Below are positions 57,692 to 64,000 of a stretch of 64,000 bases of DNA, piece by piece. The stretch covers positions 150,360-214,359 of the forward strand of contig CAZGEO010000001.1 in assembly GCA_964525295.1 (NCBI GenBank). Direction: 5' to 3'. How positions within the stretch are numbered: the stretch's first letter is position 1; each line of letters starts with the position of its first letter. A model generated the notes under the pieces. That model had not been told where the DNA came from, searched no databases, and saw only the letters and a list, made by a program, of their open reading frames with translations. The translations under genes and the position numbers were made by a program. Source of the DNA: an uncultured Candidatus Saccharibacteria bacterium (GTDB taxonomy: Bacteria > Patescibacteriota > Dojkabacteria > GCA-002793355).

Positions 57692-58960
57692 ATGGAAACG
57701 AAACTTTATCTTTCAAATTTATCTGGTAATGAAGTAACTACAGCACGAATTCTTCAATCAATTGAGCGAAAGCAACGCATAAATAACGCTGCAGCAGCTG
57801 AAGTTTTTCCTTATAAGTCATATTCTAGTGACAAGTTAGAAGCCACAGATTATTTTGTAACTAGAAGTTCAGGCCATAATGCGGAAGAAACATCCATTGC
57901 ACAACACTTACAAATACTTGTTGCGCCAAAAAAGATTAAGCCAATAATTGCTACTTCCACCGGAAGATTCGAGCGAGATTCCAGCTACATCGACGTGCAA
58001 GGAAGTCCTTTATATCACATACTTATTACTCAACATTCGGCAAAAAACATAAATTCTGTAACATTAACCTTACGTAGATATAAAGAAAAAGGGAGTTGGG
58101 ATCCAAAAAAGATTGTAGTACATATTCCAAATACTGAAAATCCTGATGAATACTACTTACATATTCAAGACATGGGATGGAGAAATACTAAAGCAACTGT
58201 TACAACCTATATGCACCTTGAAAACGGTCAATTTTCATCTCCTCAAAGAATTACAAATCATGCTGTGTCACAATTCGCTCCTCAAAAAATCTCTGCTATT
58301 CTTTTTGCACCTGGAAATGAACGAAAATTCGACGGAGTTCCGCAACACGCAACAGTAACAAACAATAATGGAATAGGTGTTATTTCATCACTAGAGAAAG
58401 GCTTCTCAACTATTCCTGTTGAGAATAGAACTGAAGGGAGTTTTTTCAGAATAAAAGCTTCACTTGCAGAATTACTTATAAATCCGTCGGAGATTGTACG
58501 ACATGCAAGGGGAGATAAACCTATCGACCAATTATCTCAATTACTGGAAGTACTTTGGACAAGAGTCGATGAAGAAGCCCTTATAAACAATCTTCACTTA
58601 CATCTTGCACCTTTTGCAGCAAATATACCTATTACAAATAATTGGCAGAGTTTTCCTCCAGAGCAATGGTATAAATATCCATCATCTACAAAATCTCCCT
58701 CAGAGTTATTTGTATGCTCAGAAAAGAACCGTATTGTTCTCTTGCTCAAAAGACAAATTTTCAGCCGACAAAAACGTAATAAAAGTTACCGCAATGCTGT
58801 ACTCACCATCTCTTCACTCAACTATATTCCGACATTGCACCTATTTGATTGCGAAATCAATAGAAATGGCACTTCTTTTACATCCATTACAGATAGAGCA
58901 GTATTCTCTAATAACGGTTTTATTTCTATAGATGACTTCATTAGCCATCTTTCTGAATAA
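57692..58960 (+). CDS. Hypothetical protein of 422 aa.
   Basis: Long ORF convergent with the helicase-nuclease gene. No motif recognised. Confidence 0.45.
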   Translation: METKLYLSNLSGNEVTTARILQSIERKQRINNAAAAEVFPYKSYSSDKLEATDYFVTRSSGHNAEETSIAQHLQILVAPKKIKPIIATSTGRFERDSSYIDVQGSPLYHILITQHSAKNINSVTLTLRRYKEKGSWDPKKIVVHIPNTENPDEYYLHIQDMGWRNTKATVTTYMHLENGQFSSPQRITNHAVSQFAPQKISAILFAPGNERKFDGVPQHATVTNNNGIGVISSLEKGFSTIPVENRTEGSFFRIKASLAELLINPSEIVRHARGDKPIDQLSQLLEVLWTRVDEEALINNLHLHLAPFAANIPITNNWQSFPPEQWYKYPSSTKSPSELFVCSEKNRIVLLLKRQIFSRQKRNKSYRNAVLTISSLNYIPTLHLFDCEINRNGTSFTSITDRAVFSNNGFISIDDFISHLSE

Positions 58961-58961
58961 C

Positions 58962-61900
58962 CTATTTCCCCACCTCACAATATTCGCAGCCTTCTTCGTG
59001 AATACGAGGGAATTCCATTCGTTGAATCTTTTGCCATACATCAATAATGATTGCTTTCATATCTTCAACATCGGATTTTTCATAAACTAACTCTCTTTCT
59101 GCAAATAATTCTCGTTCAGGGTCAACAAAGAAAAGTGACCCTTTCACAACTTCCGCATTATTGCTCGTTACCCACCAATCGAGATCAGATACTACTTTAT
59201 AAAATAACAATTGATTGTAATAACGCTGTGCCTTTGCCTTTTCTTTGTTTGAATCATCAATATGATCGACTGGATGTAGCCCATCAAATGCTGATTGAGA
59301 AAGAGCTTTACCCGTTTTGTAATCGACAACTTTCAAGAAATTCTTATTTGAATCGACATAATCGATTCTATCAACACGCCCTTTTATGCGAGCGCCACCA
59401 ATTTCTCCCGAAAGTTTATGTTCCGTTTTTAGTGGAATTACTAAATTCCCGACGAATGTTTCGTAGTATAAACCAAGATTTTTACGACCTTTTTCAAGTA
59501 ACCTCTCTTTCTGCGAAGTTCGTAGCGGATACGTTTCAAGTTTTTTTGCAAATATATCAAAGAATTCTGATCTTGAAAGTGGTGCCAGCGACATTTTCGC
59601 TGAACGATATAGCTGTTCGAGCGATGCGTGAAAAGCGTTACCATATGCGAGTGGGGCAGACATAGCAGCAGGAATTCTCAATATATTCGTTAAAAGAAAA
59701 CGCATTGGACATTCCAAATAATTATTAAATCCAGTTGGGTGCAATTCGAAGCGATTAACAATACTTCGAATGACATCTCGTTCATCTACAGAATTAATAT
59801 AAACTGTGTTAAATGGGGACTTTGCCAATAACTCAGCAACATGCTCCTGTATCATTTGTGTATACTTACGTACTTTCAACTTTCTATACATCTTACGTGG
59901 AATTTCATCGATGAATTGGGACTTATGCACTTCCTTATCATTTCCGTAAGAAGTGGCGTATACTTTTGAATAACTCAAATATACCTTCTTTTGGGCTCTT
60001 GTCATAGCAACATAAAGAAGGCGACGATCTTCTTCTAGTTCATCGAGTTCGCCAGATTGGGCGGTAAGTGCAGTAGGTAAGGAAAGTCTTGAAATATGAC
60101 GGCGATGATCCCATTTTGTACTGTACAGCTGAGGTATAAAAACATACGAGAATTCGAGACCTTTCGAGGAATGGGCTGTCATCAACTGAACGCCTTTTTC
60201 GACAACACCAAGTTCTTTCTCTTTAATTGGTAAATTGAATTGGTTCATTAAATCGATTGCTACAAGGAAACTTTCAAGTGTCATATCTGGTTCACTAACA
60301 TTGAGTGCCTTGACTTCAGCAAAAAATGAATTCAAAGAGTTCAGGTGCTTCACTTTGTTAACATCGGCCAATACATGATCAAGTAATCCTGATTCATGCA
60401 TCAAGATTTCAAGCATTTTTGTTAATGATTCAAGAAATGACTGCGAATACCATTCCACTAAATTATCAAAGAATTTCGTAATTTTTGTCTTACCGTCATC
60501 TGAAATACCCAATACTCCTAAATCTACACCTTTAGTATTACCAATCAAGTACTCCCAAAAGGTCTTAATTCTGTTTTCAGGATAAGCTCGACCAACTTTC
60601 AGCAAATCTATCTTAGGAATTCCTAAGTACGGAAAATGGAGAATTTTCACCAACAACAGATCATTTTCATTTTTTTCGCCTATCGTTACAACTAGTCGAA
60701 CAAGATCTAGTAATTGCTTCACATAATAGTTGTCTAGTGCATTATCACCGGCTTTTCGAACATATGGAATACGCTTTCGTTGCAACATATCAACGATTGG
60801 GTCCATATCAGCATTGTTTCGCACAAGAATTGCAAAATTTTCGTAGTCAACTTTATGTTGTTTATGTAACTGCTCAATTTTGTCGGCAATAAAGAGATTT
60901 TCTGCTTCCCCTCGATGAAATTCGGCATAGCGCAATTTTTGCTTCTTATGCGGAGCTCTCGATTGTAAAGTTTTATCTATTGATTCTATTGTTCTTTCAA
61001 GTGATTGCGTGTTGTGCCTAATAAATTCGCGTGAGGCATCAAGAACTCGCTGTTGTGAACGGTAATTTTCGGTCAAGGTGATCACTTTTGCATGTGGATA
61101 CTTACCCAAATAATCTGCAATATTTTTTACAGAAGCTCCCTGAAATCGGTAGATCGCTTGATCATCATCACCTACGGCAAAAATATTTGCTTCTTCTTTC
61201 CAATATTCTGCAAGTGAGAAGATGAGGGTATTTTGTGCATCATTTGTATCTTGATATTCATCTACCAAGAGATAATGGTACTTTTCTTGGAGAGTGCTGC
61301 GCAATTCAAGATTGTTCTCCAATGCATGTAATACGAAAAGTATCATGTCTTCATAATCATAGCGTTTTTTGCTCTTGAGCAACGCTTCGTATTCAGCAAA
61401 AAACGCTACTAACTCGCGATATTTTGCGATTTTTTTCTCTTGTTGCTCATATTCTGCACGAACTTTTTTACCTTTATCTGGGCCACGAGTGACATATTTC
61501 TCCATACCCCCCAGGGTATCGACTTCTTGAGCAATTGCCTCTTCTAGGCGAGAAAGCGTAATATATTCGCGTTTCATCGTTGAGATTACACTGAGAATAT
61601 CCATGATATACATGTCTTTAGCCGTTACTGGAGCAAGAAGTCCATATTTTGGATTCTCAAGTATCTGTTGTGTAAACTTGATTCGCTCAATATCGTTAAG
61701 TGCAGAAAAACCAATTATTTCAGAGAAATATTCACTATAATCTTGAATTACTGTATTACAGAAACCATGAATTGTTGTAATGACAACATTATACGCGGTA
61801 GGGCCGATTAATTCATATAATTTCTTTCGCATTGCGTAAACACCAGCTTCTGTAAAGGTCATGGCCAAAATTGAATCTGGTTTTGTATCGGTTGTTGAAA

Positions 61901-62051
61901 GGATGTGAGCAATTCTATACGTCAAAACTGTTGTTTTACCTGTTCCAGGCCCGGCAACAATAAGTAACGGTCCATCTAAAGTTTCAACTGCTTGACGTTG
62001 AGAGGTATTTAGTTTTGACAAATCTAACATACCTAGATTGTACCCGCTCAA
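58962..62051 (-). CDS. UvrD/PcrA-family SF1 helicase fused to a C-terminal RecB/Cas4-like PD-(D/E)xK nuclease domain (AddA-like).
   Basis: Walker A AGPGTGKTT. Motif II DEYQDTN. Motifs V/VI TAHSSKGLEFSYVF and VAMTRAQKKVYL. C-terminal VVDYKTGK nuclease motif. Cys residues ECPMRF...GCEYCEVGK suggest a possible Fe-S site. Length 1029 aa. Confidence 0.85.
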   Translation of the reverse strand: MSGYNLGMLDLSKLNTSQRQAVETLDGPLLIVAGPGTGKTTVLTYRIAHILSTTDTKPDSILAMTFTEAGVYAMRKKLYELIGPTAYNVVITTIHGFCNTVIQDYSEYFSEIIGFSALNDIERIKFTQQILENPKYGLLAPVTAKDMYIMDILSVISTMKREYITLSRLEEAIAQEVDTLGGMEKYVTRGPDKGKKVRAEYEQQEKKIAKYRELVAFFAEYEALLKSKKRYDYEDMILFVLHALENNLELRSTLQEKYHYLLVDEYQDTNDAQNTLIFSLAEYWKEEANIFAVGDDDQAIYRFQGASVKNIADYLGKYPHAKVITLTENYRSQQRVLDASREFIRHNTQSLERTIESIDKTLQSRAPHKKQKLRYAEFHRGEAENLFIADKIEQLHKQHKVDYENFAILVRNNADMDPIVDMLQRKRIPYVRKAGDNALDNYYVKQLLDLVRLVVTIGEKNENDLLLVKILHFPYLGIPKIDLLKVGRAYPENRIKTFWEYLIGNTKGVDLGVLGISDDGKTKITKFFDNLVEWYSQSFLESLTKMLEILMHESGLLDHVLADVNKVKHLNSLNSFFAEVKALNVSEPDMTLESFLVAIDLMNQFNLPIKEKELGVVEKGVQLMTAHSSKGLEFSYVFIPQLYSTKWDHRRHISRLSLPTALTAQSGELDELEEDRRLLYVAMTRAQKKVYLSYSKVYATSYGNDKEVHKSQFIDEIPRKMYRKLKVRKYTQMIQEHVAELLAKSPFNTVYINSVDERDVIRSIVNRFELHPTGFNNYLECPMRFLLTNILRIPAAMSAPLAYGNAFHASLEQLYRSAKMSLAPLSRSEFFDIFAKKLETYPLRTSQKERLLEKGRKNLGLYYETFVGNLVIPLKTEHKLSGEIGGARIKGRVDRIDYVDSNKNFLKVVDYKTGKALSQSAFDGLHPVDHIDDSNKEKAKAQRYYNQLLFYKVVSDLDWWVTSNNAEVVKGSLFFVDPERELFAERELVYEKSDVEDMKAIIIDVWQKIQRMEFPRIHEEGCEYCEVGK

Positions 62052-62132
62052 TTATGAAAAAGCCACATTAAAGATATCCCTGGCCTTACGACCTCACAAC
62101 TATGTTGTGAAAATCACTTCGTGATTGCGGAG

Positions 62133-62159
62133 AAGAGAGCGGAAGCTTCGCTTCCGCTC
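62133..62159. terminator. Strong GC-rich hairpin downstream of the stop of the minus-strand gene 62172-63995. No clear U-tract.
   Basis: GAGAGCGGAAGC-TTC-GCTTCCGCTCTC. Perfect 12-bp stem. Confidence 0.4.
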
Positions 62160-62171
62160 TCTCATCTATAA

Positions 62172-63995
62172 CTACTCAGCACAGAAAACGTGACCGATTG
62201 TACCACAAACGAGATCTACCGTTCTTTCGTAACCAAGAATTGGTCTCATCGAATCAAGCACGTTTGCATCATAGAGAATAGTTTCTGCTGGGAATAACTT
62301 ATTGTTATCAAGCAAAAGATCTCTTTGGAATGCAGGTGCTGTATATGAGTCTGAGAAGATAAAACCATTGATTACCAAACGATCTCGAACAAGGCCAGTT
62401 CTCAACGATTGCGAAGGTGAGAAGAGTAGTTGCCCACCCTGTGAGACGACAATGCTCGCCTGGAAGTTATCGATCTTTGGATCTCCAGAGAACGTAGCTG
62501 AAGGCATATCAGCAACCGTCAAAATTGCCCCGGTATTAACCACAAAGAGACAACTACTATCTGGCGTTGCTTTTGTGACTTGCCCAGAAATTGTTACTAC
62601 TGCAGCTGAGTCGATGAAGATAATCGAATTCCCTCGGCAGACTAAGTCATTACTGATTGTTACTTTTCCGGTAATCGTGCCTACCTTAAACTTCGTTTCA
62701 TTGCTTAGTTCTGCAAGTGATTCAGAAATTTGACCACAGTTTCCTAACAATTGACAGTTTCTTGCAACGAGCCCTTTCAACTGGGTATACCAATTTATCT
62801 GATTTCCCTTCGATTGTCCGTAAAGGTTATACCCTGAAGTTGAAGTAGAGGTTCGATAATAATCGACCCTTTGAGCGTTAGTTGCATACCCCAGGGGGTA
62901 TGTGTGAGTCGTATCACTTGGGAAAGTTCTTCCACCTAATAATCCTGCATTATTACCCGCGGTAACTAGGAAGCCAGAAACCGCCGAGGAAGTCATGACA
63001 AAAGTTGAGCTTTGCGTATTTCTGCTGGCCGATGGTAAGGTCATATTGAAAGCATTCCCAGTTGATGCTGAGTTACTGTAAGCAGAGCCATTAGCAACTT
63101 GCAACCACCCCATGCCGAATCGATACATACCAGTTGCGCCGTAATTAACACAAGTTGAAGTTTTCGTTGAGTTAATTGTTTGGGCACAACAGGCGTTTCC
63201 TGCTTTATCATAGACACACATTCCGACTGCGATGCCATCGCCTTGTAGCACTCTGTGACCTGAATAACTAAAGGCTGCGGTACTTGTTGAAACCAAGTCA
63301 TCTTTACCATCCCATGACGGATAAACCGGTTCTGGTGTTGGCGTTGGAGTAGGTGTAGGCTCAGGTGTTGGTTCTGGAGTCGCTGTTGGTGTAGGAGTTT
63401 CCGATGGAGTTCCCGTAATCTCACCTGAAACAGATGGTGTTGGTGATGGCGTTTCGGTTGGCTCTGGTGTTGGACTTGGGGTTGGAGTAGGCGTTGGAGC
63501 TGGAATATTTTGCTTTGTTAAGAAGAATCTATCTCCTGTAATCGCCTCTGGAGTATCGTAATGTTCACGAAGCATGTACCTTGTGGTAACACCACCAATT
63601 CCTGACACAAGATCAGAAATTGTACCTTGCATGATTACGGTGTTGTTCGAAGCTGATGGAGCAGTAATATTCAAATCGATTGCCGGAGGGTTAGTATCGT
63701 AAATAATTGGTAAGACTCCCGAAGCATTGGATACTGGTTTCCAATATTTATTTCCATATGCAGTGCCACCGACTTTATCTTGTGCACCAACATATAACGT
63801 GTAACGACCATTCATCATTCCTGCACCAGCTTCATTTTTGTCATTCATAAAGATCTTGAAAGTCGCACGAACAGAATTACTTGTACCAATCTGTGTTACA
63901 TCTTCACGTGAAATACAAGCTGCACAGTTTGCAGGACAATCATCTGATTTTGGAATTACATACGTTGTATTCGAACTCGTTGGCATACAAAGCAT
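62172..63995 (-). CDS. Large secreted/surface protein with a Pro-Thr-rich ([10 protein letters not shown]) linker. Probably 5'-partial, with the start possibly beyond the window edge.
   Basis: Long ORF on the minus strand. Linker is ..[48 protein letters not shown].. Many Cys in the N-terminal part. C-terminal beta-rich region. Confidence 0.5.
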   Translation of the reverse strand: MLCMPTSSNTTYVIPKSDDCPANCAACISREDVTQIGTSNSVRATFKIFMNDKNEAGAGMMNGRYTLYVGAQDKVGGTAYGNKYWKPVSNASGVLPIIYDTNPPAIDLNITAPSASNNTVIMQGTISDLVSGIGGVTTRYMLREHYDTPEAITGDRFFLTKQNIPAPTPTPTPSPTPEPTETPSPTPSVSGEITGTPSETPTPTATPEPTPEPTPTPTPTPEPVYPSWDGKDDLVSTSTAAFSYSGHRVLQGDGIAVGMCVYDKAGNACCAQTINSTKTSTCVNYGATGMYRFGMGWLQVANGSAYSNSASTGNAFNMTLPSASRNTQSSTFVMTSSAVSGFLVTAGNNAGLLGGRTFPSDTTHTYPLGYATNAQRVDYYRTSTSTSGYNLYGQSKGNQINWYTQLKGLVARNCQLLGNCGQISESLAELSNETKFKVGTITGKVTISNDLVCRGNSIIFIDSAAVVTISGQVTKATPDSSCLFVVNTGAILTVADMPSATFSGDPKIDNFQASIVVSQGGQLLFSPSQSLRTGLVRDRLVINGFIFSDSYTAPAFQRDLLLDNNKLFPAETILYDANVLDSMRPILGYERTVDLVCGTIGHVFCAE

Positions 63996-64000
63996 GTGTG

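Noticed and set aside
59051-59665. 204-aa plus-strand ORF
   Set aside because: Lies antisense inside the 1029-aa helicase-nuclease gene, whose SF1 motifs are unambiguous.

Overview
This 64-kb window reads as a low-GC, gene-dense, small-genome bacterium, probably CPR/Patescibacteria-like. That assignment is inferred from compact proteins, a fused GlyRS, many short or absent leaders and sparse metabolism. No rRNA, CRISPR array or obvious transposase/integrase genes were seen.

The most prominent block is a complete type IV pilus (T4P) locus at 1.6-9.7 kb. Three tandem pseudopilin genes sit convergent with a prepilin peptidase, major pilin, PilC, PilT and PilB. The PilT carries an unusual N-terminal extension of about 170 aa that is rich in Pro/Thr/Ser/Val.

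Housekeeping genes make up most of the rest: valS, a holB-like gene, a Mur ligase, folD, pyrH, rsmI, pyk, gyrB, eno, hisS, ppa, serS, miaA, a fused glyQS, rmuC, a family-4 UDG and sppA. One tRNA is present at 31279-31350, anticodon GUA (Tyr). It has archaeal/eukaryal-type features: a short variable arm and a C1:G72 pair.

Directly downstream of the tRNA is a glycan-modification cluster: a sulfotransferase, a coiled-coil methyltransferase, Wzm/Wzt-like ABC-2 exporter genes and a GT1 glycosyltransferase. An LCP-family ligase and a Wzy_C-like membrane protein lie nearby.

The other notable items are:
- Tandem paralogous genes at 38.3-39.4 kb. The second copy is interrupted at an A8 homopolymer, which is candidate slipped-strand phase variation.
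- A split DUF45/YgjP gene.
- A UvrD-like helicase fused to a RecB/Cas4-like nuclease.
- A repeated near-palindromic AATTGTCAATT motif at two loci.
- Several -10 boxes within about 10 nt of start codons.
- Several large uncharacterized membrane or surface proteins.

All calls come from reading the sequence and recognising motifs. No database searches were run. Hand-derived coordinates may be off by +/-1-3 nt.
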